A program made the translations under genes and the position numbers. Shown here piece after piece: positions 10,916 to 19,800 of a stretch of DNA of 64,000 nt (the first letter of the stretch is position 1; the number at the start of each line of letters is the position of its first letter). The notes under the pieces are model-generated. The model did not search any database. It worked only from the letters and a program-made list of their open reading frames with translations, and was not told the DNA's origin. Origin of the DNA: Candidatus Komeilibacteria bacterium RIFOXYD1_FULL_37_29. GTDB lineage: Bacteria > Patescibacteriota > Patescibacteriia > UBA1558 > GWA2-36-10. The stretch lies in the NCBI GenBank assembly GCA_001818495.1, contig MHKS01000004.1, forward strand, positions 161,235 through 225,234, read 5' to 3'.

Positions 10916-11653
10916 ATGAAAGTAGATAAAAAACAAATAGATTTTTTAGCCAAACTGCAAAAGCGAAAATATCGTGACGAGCACCAAAAATTTTTGTTGG
11001 AAAATCCCAAGGTGATCTTCGAAGAATACGGTAATCCGCTGTTAGATTCTGTTTATGTGACGGATTATTTTTATAAAGACAATGAAGACAGTATGGTCTT
11101 TAAGTCTATCTATCGTTTGTCAGAAAAAGATTTAAAAAATGTCTCCAGTCAGGTCACTCCAGCCGGTATTGTCGCTCTTTTTAAGATGCCTAGTCCGCAA
11201 AAATTTATTTTTAAATCCAAGCATGTTTTGATTTTAGATAGTATAGCTGACCCAGGAAATATGGGCACTATTATTCGCACGGCTGATTGGTTTGGCTTTC
11301 ATCATTTGTTTTTGGGACCAAATTGCGTAGAAGTTTACAATCCCAAGGTTGTCTCAGCCAGCATGGGGTCAATTTTTAATGTCAGTATTAATCAAGATGT
11401 TGATTTAAAAGTTTTTATTAAAGATTTAAAAGCCGAAGGGTATAAAATAGTAGTGACCGATTTGCGCGGTGAGCAGTTTGATATTTCTAAAGATAATAAA
11501 ATAGCTTTGGTGATTGGCAGTGAGGCGCGGGGAGTGGATCAAGAGATTATTAATCTAGCTGATCAGCGTTTCAAAATTATGAAGTCCGGTAAAGCCGAAT
11601 CTCTAAATGCCGCTGTGGCTGCTGGGATAGTGATGAATAAAATTAAGTTTTAG
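10916..11653 (+). CDS. TrmH/SpoU-family RNA methyltransferase
   Basis: DPGNMGTIIRTA, IGSEARGV, ESLNAAVA. Confidence 0.92.
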   Translation: MKVDKKQIDFLAKLQKRKYRDEHQKFLLENPKVIFEEYGNPLLDSVYVTDYFYKDNEDSMVFKSIYRLSEKDLKNVSSQVTPAGIVALFKMPSPQKFIFKSKHVLILDSIADPGNMGTIIRTADWFGFHHLFLGPNCVEVYNPKVVSASMGSIFNVSINQDVDLKVFIKDLKAEGYKIVVTDLRGEQFDISKDNKIALVIGSEARGVDQEIINLADQRFKIMKSGKAESLNAAVAAGIVMNKIKF

Positions 11654-11762
11654 TTTTTAGATTAAAGGGCTGGAGTTTTAAAGGTGGCTCTTTATTTTTT
11701 TTGTAAAAAATGTCATAATAGCTATGTCTTGATAAATAAATTTGTTTAGCCCTAGCTAATTT

Positions 11763-13160
11763 ATGGATTTATCTGCTCTAATTTTATTTTGCGTCTATTT
11801 GGTCAATGTTGGTTTGTTGTTTTTTATACTTTTTTATAAAGACAGGCCACGATCTTGGCCATTTTTCTGGATGTTGCTTTTGTTGGTGCTTTGGCAGACT
11901 ACCGAGCTATTAAATCTTGTTTGGCTGGTTTTTTTGGATAAAAACATTTTATTATTTGGAGTGCAGGCTGGTCTTTTGCCGACACTTTACCTGGCGCCGG
12001 CTTTTATCAGGTTGGTTTTTTCTTTGTTTGACAAATGGAAACGTCTGGCTTATTGGCAAAAGTTTTTGTGGTATTTGCCGGCTATCATTATGTCTTTTTT
12101 TGTTTTTACCCCTTACAATGTCAAAGAATTGGTCCTTGGTCAGGCCGGAAGATTTTTTTATGTCACCGGAGAGATTTATTGGTTGTTGGCGGTTTATTTT
12201 GTGGCATTATTTGGTTATGGTTTATATTTTTTGGCCAAAAATCGCCAATGCTGTGGGCCTATTATTCGTCGGCAGATCAATTATATTTTTTTAGGCACTG
12301 CTTTGACAGCTATCGCTGGATTGGTGTTTAGTATTATTTCGCCAATTTTAGGAGTCTACAATTTATATTATTTGGGAGTAAACAGTACAATATTTTTTAC
12401 GATTATTTCTACCTATGCTTTGTTCCGTTATAGGTTTTTCAATTTAAAGATTTCTTTTTATCAACTTTTGATAAATTTTTGTCGACTGTTTATCATCGGC
12501 TACGTCTATTATGTTTTTTATATTTTTTTCCGTGATTTGTTTAAAATAGATTTTAATGATATCCAAACCATATCTTTTCTACTGTTAGTTTTGGGACTTA
12601 GTGCGCCATTTCTACTAAAGATAGTGGATCGTCTTTTACTACTGCTATTTATCAATCCAGTAAATGATATCAAGGTCTCAACTGATAAGATAGCCCAAAT
12701 ACTGCGCTCTAGCCGAGATTTGGAAATCTTATTATCCCGACTGGCCAAGGAGATTGACAAAGTAGTTGATTATCGAGAAATTTTTATTTATCTGGCCAAA
12801 AAGAAAGAGCCAAAGATTTTTTATCAGGTTTTTCCGGTGGGGGAAAGACTGATTGATGGGACCAAAAGTCAGTTGATTGAATATTTGTCTGAGAAAAAGA
12901 AAATGGCCAACTTAGCGGAGATAGAGTATTTTTTTAGCAACAAAGCGCTGATGGCAGAGATGAAAGATGGTCAGATTGATATAGCTTTGCCTATTTTTTA
13001 TAATAAACAGCTATTGGGTGTTTTGATGTTGGATAATTATGCTAAGCTCTTGTCCGTCCAGGAATTGCAGTTTTTGGAAGAATTAAACAAGTATTTGGAT
13101 ATTGCCGTGGGGTCTTTGTTACTTTATCAGCAGGATATGGCGGGTAAAGAACAATGCTGA
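11763..13160 (+). CDS. HisKA_7TM-type membrane sensor with GAF-like domain, no kinase domain
   Basis: 7TM region ending YALFRYRFF, extra TMs, GAF-like IALPIFYNKQLLGVLML. Ends without H-box or HATPase. Confidence 0.7.
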   Translation: MDLSALILFCVYLVNVGLLFFILFYKDRPRSWPFFWMLLLLVLWQTTELLNLVWLVFLDKNILLFGVQAGLLPTLYLAPAFIRLVFSLFDKWKRLAYWQKFLWYLPAIIMSFFVFTPYNVKELVLGQAGRFFYVTGEIYWLLAVYFVALFGYGLYFLAKNRQCCGPIIRRQINYIFLGTALTAIAGLVFSIISPILGVYNLYYLGVNSTIFFTIISTYALFRYRFFNLKISFYQLLINFCRLFIIGYVYYVFYIFFRDLFKIDFNDIQTISFLLLVLGLSAPFLLKIVDRLLLLLFINPVNDIKVSTDKIAQILRSSRDLEILLSRLAKEIDKVVDYREIFIYLAKKKEPKIFYQVFPVGERLIDGTKSQLIEYLSEKKKMANLAEIEYFFSNKALMAEMKDGQIDIALPIFYNKQLLGVLMLDNYAKLLSVQELQFLEELNKYLDIAVGSLLLYQQDMAGKEQC

Positions 13161-13226
13161 TTATTTGCCAAATTTTATAAAATATGTTTTTATATTGAGC
13201 TAAGACTTTTAAATTAATTAAACAAT

Positions 13227-13925
13227 ATGGTAATTACAACATTAAGCTTACAGAACTTTACTTTAATAATCGCTGGGGCCATTAACTTGATAATGAGCAT
13301 TTTAGTTTTTTCCAGAGGGGTTAAGCATAGTAAAATTAATCTTTATTTTTCTTTGTTTACATTTTTTGGGTTTTTATGGGCAATAAGTTTATTATTTTCA
13401 AAGAGTTTATTTTTTGGTTTAGCAGCAGAGATATCTTATCGGACAGCTTATCTTGCGGCCATAGGTATAGCCATGGCCTTGTTCTATTTTTCTTATAATT
13501 TTCCATACAAAAATAAAAATTTAAATATATACTATCAACTATTTATTGTGTCATTGGCCATCATAATATCAGTATTAGGGTATTCCAAGGTTCATATTAT
13601 TGATTTTTATAATGGTGCCAACGCTTCTAATTGGTTTGTTGATTACTATAAACCATTTTATGCTTTTTATAGTTTATTTTTCCTTTATATAATATTTTCC
13701 GGGATGTATTTTTTAATTAGTAAATTAAAAAATATAGACATTTTTCTTAAGAGACAAATCATAATATTTTTAATTACGTTTATTATTGGTTTAATTATTG
13801 GGGCATATTTTAATTTATGGCTTCCTTATATGGAAAATTGGCGTTACGAATTTGCTGGGCCAATATGTGCAGTATTTATGAATGTTTATGTTTTTAATTT
13901 AATATTTCCCAAGCAAGAAAAATAG
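13227..13925 (+). CDS. Stand-alone HisKA_7TM-type membrane domain protein
   Basis: About seven TMs; NLYFSLF...WA, FSYNFP and KRQI motifs resemble the sensor part of 19801..22620. Confidence 0.7.
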   Translation: MVITTLSLQNFTLIIAGAINLIMSILVFSRGVKHSKINLYFSLFTFFGFLWAISLLFSKSLFFGLAAEISYRTAYLAAIGIAMALFYFSYNFPYKNKNLNIYYQLFIVSLAIIISVLGYSKVHIIDFYNGANASNWFVDYYKPFYAFYSLFFLYIIFSGMYFLISKLKNIDIFLKRQIIIFLITFIIGLIIGAYFNLWLPYMENWRYEFAGPICAVFMNVYVFNLIFPKQEK

Positions 13926-13928
13926 TTT

Positions 13929-14915
13929 ATGGCCAAAAATAATAAAAAAATATTTTTGATTTTAGCTGGTGGCACGGGTATTTTAAATGAGCGTGGCTAT
14001 CTTTTGTCGGTGCAATCAAAGGATGACATTGAAGATTGGTTGGCTCAGATGCCGGAATTAAATATTTTAGCGGACATTGAACCGATTTTTGTCAGCGGTG
14101 AAGATGACATACTAGGATCAGATATTTGGCACAAGATAGTAGCGGTAATTTCTGATAAGGCCACTGAAGCCGACGGTTTTGTAGTAGTATCAAAAATAGA
14201 TCAACTGATTAATACTTCTTTGGCGCTTACTTTTACTTTGCAAAATTTAAAGCAAACCATTGTCCTGACATCCTCTCAAGTTAGCGGAACCAGTTTTATT
14301 GATAAAAAAGAGATTATTGGTGGACTAAAAAATAAATATGGCGGTCTTGGTCTGCGCTCCAATATAATCAATGCTATCCAAATTGCTGGGCAGCCATTGC
14401 CGTTTCCAGCGATTATTTTTGGTACTCGTCTGATACCAGCTACTAAAGCCATAATGGATTTATCTAATAATACCAATATTTTTTCCAGCATTGACAATGA
14501 TTATTGGGGCAAGGTGGATTTTGGTATTAATGTAAAATCCAATTTAAGTTATTCTAAACAAAAAACCAAAATATATACGGATAGGTTGGCGGATATTTTA
14601 ATCTTAGAAGATATCCCGGGAGTCCCCTGGTCTTTTGATAAAAAAGCCCTGGCTACTTATCGGGGGATTTTTATAACTATTAATCCTTATCAGCCACTAG
14701 AAAAATCCAAACAAGAGCAGATAGCCAAATGGAAATTGCCAACTATTTTGTATAATTATCAGTTAACCTCACCGGTTAAAGGAGCTGTCAATATATCCCA
14801 CTGCACTAAAAATACGGCTATCATCAAGGCAATGTGGGCCCTATCTTCTAAAGTTAAGGATAACAAATTTGAAGATTTAATGGCCAGAAATATTTTGGGA
14901 GAATTTTTAGAATAA
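13929..14915 (+). CDS. Asparaginase-domain protein, probably degenerate
   Basis: N-terminal LAGGT and DGFVV present, but HGTDT is replaced by SKIDQ. Confidence 0.65.
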   Translation: MAKNNKKIFLILAGGTGILNERGYLLSVQSKDDIEDWLAQMPELNILADIEPIFVSGEDDILGSDIWHKIVAVISDKATEADGFVVVSKIDQLINTSLALTFTLQNLKQTIVLTSSQVSGTSFIDKKEIIGGLKNKYGGLGLRSNIINAIQIAGQPLPFPAIIFGTRLIPATKAIMDLSNNTNIFSSIDNDYWGKVDFGINVKSNLSYSKQKTKIYTDRLADILILEDIPGVPWSFDKKALATYRGIFITINPYQPLEKSKQEQIAKWKLPTILYNYQLTSPVKGAVNISHCTKNTAIIKAMWALSSKVKDNKFEDLMARNILGEFLE

Positions 14916-14919
14916 TTTT

Positions 14920-15489
14920 ATGAAAATTTACTTTTATAGCAATCAATATTTGAATAATAAAGATGCTAGAGATATAATCACCCATTTTAAAAAAATTGGT
15001 GTGGAAGTATCCAGCAATTTAGACTCAACCAAAGCAACTGGCACAGAAGGAATGTCTTTGGATAAGGTAGACGCTCTGGTTTTTCAGGGAGAGAAATTGG
15101 ACACTAAGGCTAGCTATCTAATTGCTTTAGTTTTGGCTCAAAATAAAGAAGTGCTGTGTTTATTACCACATGGTGCTAAACCAGATTCATCTTTACAAGA
15201 TTTGGGGACAGATAGTAAATTGGCTAAAAAAATTCATATCGAATTGTATGATCAGGAAAATTTGAAAGAAAAGGTTTTGGCGTTTTTGAAAATTATTGAT
15301 AGTGGTGATATTAGAAATCTTTTTAGTATTAAATATACTTTGCGTTTATCAGGTAAAATAGCTGATTATTTAAACTGGAAAGCTGATCGTCAAAATATTA
15401 AAAAAGCCGACTGGCTTCGCGATCAAATACAGCAAATAATGCAAGAAGATGAGCAGTATAGCGAGTTTATTAAGAACAAATTCCAATAA
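14920..15489 (+). CDS. Hypothetical protein (Rossmann-like N-terminus, possible ribbon-helix-helix C-terminus)
   Basis: 189-aa ORF coupled to the upstream gene. C-terminal KYTLRLSGKIADYL...KADWLR resembles an RHH pattern. Confidence 0.55.
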   Translation: MKIYFYSNQYLNNKDARDIITHFKKIGVEVSSNLDSTKATGTEGMSLDKVDALVFQGEKLDTKASYLIALVLAQNKEVLCLLPHGAKPDSSLQDLGTDSKLAKKIHIELYDQENLKEKVLAFLKIIDSGDIRNLFSIKYTLRLSGKIADYLNWKADRQNIKKADWLRDQIQQIMQEDEQYSEFIKNKFQ

Positions 15490-15668
15490 AGTTTGGGTTA
15501 TTAAAACAAATTTTATCCAGTCTTTTACAATTTACTCATTTGCTAGTGACCAGTGTGAGTGGCTAGGTGGATAAACAAAAACAGCTAAAAAAGTGGGCTA
15601 CTGGTAGTATGGCTTTTTTGCCTGAGTCGTGCTAAAATGTTGGCACTTATTATTAAAATAGAAAATTT

Positions 15669-16733
15669 ATGGATTTTCCACTGTATAAAACCAAGACTGA
15701 AGGTCAAGATAAAGTTTTTGATCTAAATGATCCAGAGGACAGGAAATTATATTTTGAATTGAAAGCCGGACCAGAAATTAGAAAACTTAAGGAGTATTTG
15801 AAAAATAATTCTTTTATTGCTTATCTTTTGGGTAAAAAAAATTCCGGCAAAGGCACTTATTCCAAGCTTTTTATGGAAGCGGTAGGGTTTGAAAATATCG
15901 GTCACATTGCGGTTGGCGACATTGTACGTGATATTCATAAAAATTTGGAAACGGAAGATGGGAAAAAAAATTTGCTGGATTTTTTATCCAAAAATTACCG
16001 CGGTTTTCATAATATTGATGAGACGCTGGATTTAATTATGGGTAGAGATCAAAGCAGTTTGATTTCTTCAGAATTAATTATTGCTTTGATAAAGTATGAA
16101 ATAAGCAAGCGTCCCAAGCAGGCAATTTTTATAGACGGATTCCCTAGAGCTCATGATCAAATAAATTATTCCCTTTATCTCAAAGAATTGATTGGTTACC
16201 GAGATGACCCCGATTTTTTTGTATTTATCAATGTTCCGGATTCCATTATAGATGAAAGAATAAAGTTTAGAGTAGTCTGCCCAATTTGCCATACACCGCG
16301 CAATTTAAAATTACTGGCGACCAAAGATATTGGCTATGATACAAAAGACAAAGTTTTTTATTTGATGTGTGATAATCCAAGTTGCAGTCAGGCTAGGATG
16401 GTAGCCAAAGAAGGAGACTCTTTGGGCATTGAGCCGATTCGTAGTCGTTTGGAAGTGGATAATCAGATTTTTCAGAAATTATTGAATCTAACGGGTGTAC
16501 CTAAAATTTATTTAAGGAATTCCATACCGCATAAGGTAGCTAAAGATTATGTTGATGATTATGAAATTACTCCTCAGTATAATTATGACATTGATTCAGC
16601 GACTGACAAAATAAAAGTAAGCGAGAGTCCATGGGTTGTCAAGGACGATCAAGGTGAGGACTCTATCAGTTTATTACCGCCGGCTGTAGTAGTTAGTTTT
16701 ATTAAACAAGCTGTGGAAATTTTAGGATTGTAG
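15669..16733 (+). CDS. Adenylate kinase-like nucleoside monophosphate kinase with Zn lid
   Basis: P-loop GKKNSGKGT, HIAVGDIVR, IDGFPR, CPIC...CDNPSC. Confidence 0.8.
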   Translation: MDFPLYKTKTEGQDKVFDLNDPEDRKLYFELKAGPEIRKLKEYLKNNSFIAYLLGKKNSGKGTYSKLFMEAVGFENIGHIAVGDIVRDIHKNLETEDGKKNLLDFLSKNYRGFHNIDETLDLIMGRDQSSLISSELIIALIKYEISKRPKQAIFIDGFPRAHDQINYSLYLKELIGYRDDPDFFVFINVPDSIIDERIKFRVVCPICHTPRNLKLLATKDIGYDTKDKVFYLMCDNPSCSQARMVAKEGDSLGIEPIRSRLEVDNQIFQKLLNLTGVPKIYLRNSIPHKVAKDYVDDYEITPQYNYDIDSATDKIKVSESPWVVKDDQGEDSISLLPPAVVVSFIKQAVEILGL

Positions 16734-16771
16734 ATAGGGTACCAACCACTTTGGGGGCTTTAATTAATATC

Positions 16772-16798
16772 AAAAAGCTGCCTGTAGGGCGGCTTTTT
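16772..16798 (+). terminator. Rho-independent terminator
   Basis: aaaaagctgcc-tgtag-ggcggcttttt. Confidence 0.75.
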
Positions 16799-16849
16799 AT
16801 TTTGCTTAAATAGGGCATTTTGTGGTAAAATATAGATGATTGTTATTAT

Positions 16850-18544
16850 ATGACCATTGTAGAAAAGTACAAAAGTATTGTAAAAGAGTTCGGCTCTAAC
16901 ATAGTCTTGGCTTATCTTTCTGATGATCAATATAAAACCATAACTTATAATGATTTGGATATTTATCGGGAACACTTGGCTGATATTTGGCATAATTTTG
17001 GTTTTAAAAAAGGGGAAAAGATAGCCGTGATGCTATCAAATTCACCGGAGTGGATCATGAGCGATTTGGCTGCTGCTACTTTAGGGTTAGTTGTTGTGCC
17101 ACTGCATACTACCTATAACGGAGAGTATGTTAAAAAAATGATTAAACATTCCGGCGCTAAGTATTTAGTAATTTATCGCGAATTTCTTGAAAAACATAAA
17201 GTAGCTATAGATAGTTTAAATTTGGATAAGATATTGGTCGTTGGCAGTCAAGGAGATTTACCAGGAAAAAATATTAATTCTTGGCCAGATTTGGATCAGC
17301 CCAGGCAATTGTCGCCACTGACAATTCCTATTTCCGGCGAGGATGTGCATACCATTATCTATACTTCCGGTACTACGGGCGATCCCAAGGGAGTCATGTT
17401 GACACATAAAAATTTTATTTTAGATGTAGAATCAGCTAAGCGTAATTTACCAATTTATCCCAGTGATAGGTTTTTCTCATTTTTACCATTGTCTCATATT
17501 TTTGAAAGAACGGCGGGGTATTATACGCCGATTTTTACCGGTGCCAGTGTATATTTTGCCCAGAGCAAGGATACTATTATTGACGACATCAAAAAGGCCA
17601 ATCCCACTATCTTAAATAGTGTGCCCCGTATTTTTGAAAAAGTCCATGATAAGGTTTTTGATAAAATACAAAAAGGCGGATATTTGAAGAGGAAATTATT
17701 TTTCAAAGCCATACAAATGTCTGTTTTAAAAAGAAAACATGGTTTAAATTTTTTTAGTAATATTGTTTGGAAAATTTTGGATAGCCTGGTTTTAAAAAAA
17801 ATCAGAGGAGTGCTAGGAGGAAAATTACGGGTGGCAATATCTGGCGGAGCATCATTGGATCTAAAGATAATAAAATTTTTTGAAAACTTAGGAATAAAAA
17901 TTATCGAAGGTTATGGGATGACCGAAGCTTCGCCAATTATCGCTTTGAATAGAATGGAAAATTCCAGACCGGGTACGGTTGGGCAAGCGATTGATTGTAA
18001 TGAAGTAATGATTAGTCATAAAGAGATATTGATCCGAGGAAAAAATATAATGGCTGGTTATTATCAGGCCGAAGATTTGACTAGTGAGGTTATAGATAAA
18101 GACGGTTGGCTACATACTGGCGATTTGGGTTTTATAGATAAAGACGGATTTATATCTATTATTGGTCGATCAAAAGAAGTGATAGTATTGTCTACTGGTA
18201 AAAATATTTTTCCCGAGAGTATAGAAAATGTTTTAAATGAAAGTCGCTATATTGTTCAAAGTATGGTTTATGGTGACAAACAAAAACACATCTCAGCTTT
18301 TATAGTGCCAGATTTTGAACAGTTAAAACAATGGTGCGCTGAGCAATCTATAAAATTTGACCTCAAAGACGAAAGGATTTTAAAATTTTATGAGGATAAG
18401 ATAAATGAAAGATTAATGGGAAGTGCTAAAGTAGAACAAGTTAATCATTTTAAATTAATTCCAGAAGAGTTTACTCAAGAAAATGGATTACTTACGCCAA
18501 CTCTTAAAATTAGAAGGCGTAAAATAGTGGAAAAATATAATTAA
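16850..18544 (+). CDS. Long-chain fatty acid--CoA ligase (FadD/ACSL-like AMP-binding enzyme)
   Basis: YTSGTTGDPKG, FLPLSHIFER, GYGMTE, TGDLG, LTPTLKIRR. Confidence 0.92.
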   Translation: MTIVEKYKSIVKEFGSNIVLAYLSDDQYKTITYNDLDIYREHLADIWHNFGFKKGEKIAVMLSNSPEWIMSDLAAATLGLVVVPLHTTYNGEYVKKMIKHSGAKYLVIYREFLEKHKVAIDSLNLDKILVVGSQGDLPGKNINSWPDLDQPRQLSPLTIPISGEDVHTIIYTSGTTGDPKGVMLTHKNFILDVESAKRNLPIYPSDRFFSFLPLSHIFERTAGYYTPIFTGASVYFAQSKDTIIDDIKKANPTILNSVPRIFEKVHDKVFDKIQKGGYLKRKLFFKAIQMSVLKRKHGLNFFSNIVWKILDSLVLKKIRGVLGGKLRVAISGGASLDLKIIKFFENLGIKIIEGYGMTEASPIIALNRMENSRPGTVGQAIDCNEVMISHKEILIRGKNIMAGYYQAEDLTSEVIDKDGWLHTGDLGFIDKDGFISIIGRSKEVIVLSTGKNIFPESIENVLNESRYIVQSMVYGDKQKHISAFIVPDFEQLKQWCAEQSIKFDLKDERILKFYEDKINERLMGSAKVEQVNHFKLIPEEFTQENGLLTPTLKIRRRKIVEKYN

Positions 18545-18548
18545 ATTT

Positions 18549-19148
18549 ATGTTTTATAAATTATTACAATTTTTTTTGTCACCATTAATACGTTTTTTTT
18601 GGGTAGGAAATGTAAATGATATTAAAAACATACCATTCAATGGATCGGCAATTGTAGCAGCAAACCATAATAGTTATTTAGATTTTTTTATATTATCTAG
18701 TATTTTGAAAAGGAGAATATATTTTTTAGCAGGAGAAGTTTTTTTCAAGAGTAAATTATGGAAACCATTAATGTTGTTAACGGGGCAGATAAAAGTTGAT
18801 AGGTATGGTGGTGATAAAAAATTAGTTTACGCCCAAGTAGAAAAAGTTTTAATTAATAATAGTTTATTAGGAATATTTCCAGAAGGCACCAGATCTAGAA
18901 ATGGAAAATTACAAAAAGGATATAACGGAGCTGTAAAATTTGCTTATCAATATAAAGTACCAATAATCCCAGTCGGTATTATTGGTACTTTTGATGCTTG
19001 GCCTCCTAATAGAAAATTTCCAAAATTAATAAAATCGAAGGTTAATATAGGATGTCCTTTTAGAATTAATAGTAATGATTTCGATTCAGAAACAAGTAAA
19101 TTAATGGATAAGATAGCCTTGCTATCGGATAAAGTTTATGAAGAATAA
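18549..19148 (+). CDS. PlsC-family lysophospholipid acyltransferase
   Basis: NHNSYLD (HxxxxD), FPEGTRS, PIIPVGI. Confidence 0.92.
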   Translation: MFYKLLQFFLSPLIRFFWVGNVNDIKNIPFNGSAIVAANHNSYLDFFILSSILKRRIYFLAGEVFFKSKLWKPLMLLTGQIKVDRYGGDKKLVYAQVEKVLINNSLLGIFPEGTRSRNGKLQKGYNGAVKFAYQYKVPIIPVGIIGTFDAWPPNRKFPKLIKSKVNIGCPFRINSNDFDSETSKLMDKIALLSDKVYEE

Positions 19149-19797
19149 AATAGTTTTTTTTGATGTAGATAATACTATAGTAGATGGATATACACAAAAA
19201 TATTTTATTCATTATTTATTTAAAGAAAAATATATAAACAGTACAACTTTATTTTTGTCTTATATTTGGTTTTTTTTATATAAGTTAGGTATAGTTAAAG
19301 ATGTAAGCAGGGCCGTTAATTTTTACATAAAATTTGTTAGGGGGTTTAGTAGAGACAAATTAAATAATATAATAAAAACTTTTTTTGATGTATATATTAA
19401 GAATATAATTTATAAGGAGTTCAAACAATTAATAGAAAAATATAAAATTGAAGGAGCTAAAGTAGTATTAGTTTCTACTAGTTTAGAACCAATTGTAAAA
19501 GCAATCGCAGACTATTTAGATGTAAATGATTATATAGCTACTAAACTTAAATTAGAGAATTCTTTATATACTGGTTTAGTTGAAGGGAGTGTGGTAACAG
19601 GGGATAAGAAATTAGAATTAGTTAAACATTTACTTAGCACATATGAACATACTAACATAGAAACTTATTTTTACTCTGATCATTTGTCGGATATAGATTT
19701 ACTAAATTTTGTTGATAATCCTTATGTGGTTAATCCAAGTAAAATATTGTATAATAAGGCAGTAAGAAAAAATTGGGGAATAATAAATATAAAATAA
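19138..19797 (+). CDS. HAD-IB family phosphatase (SerB-like)
   Basis: FFDVDNT, LVSTS, YSDHLSD, VVNP. Confidence 0.9.
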   Translation: MKNKIVFFDVDNTIVDGYTQKYFIHYLFKEKYINSTTLFLSYIWFFLYKLGIVKDVSRAVNFYIKFVRGFSRDKLNNIIKTFFDVYIKNIIYKEFKQLIEKYKIEGAKVVLVSTSLEPIVKAIADYLDVNDYIATKLKLENSLYTGLVEGSVVTGDKKLELVKHLLSTYEHTNIETYFYSDHLSDIDLLNFVDNPYVVNPSKILYNKAVRKNWGIINIK

Positions 19798-19800
19798 ATA

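Noticed and set aside
13160-13970. Possible degenerate direct repeat flanking the bare 7TM gene (gccaaa...ttttt...agct)
   Set aside because: Similarity is mostly A/T runs and needs gaps; not distinguishable from chance.
15510-15580. Imperfect long hairpin upstream of the adenylate kinase-like gene as an ncRNA
   Set aside because: Many G-U pairs and bulges, no recognisable family, and no clear promoter-terminator pair.
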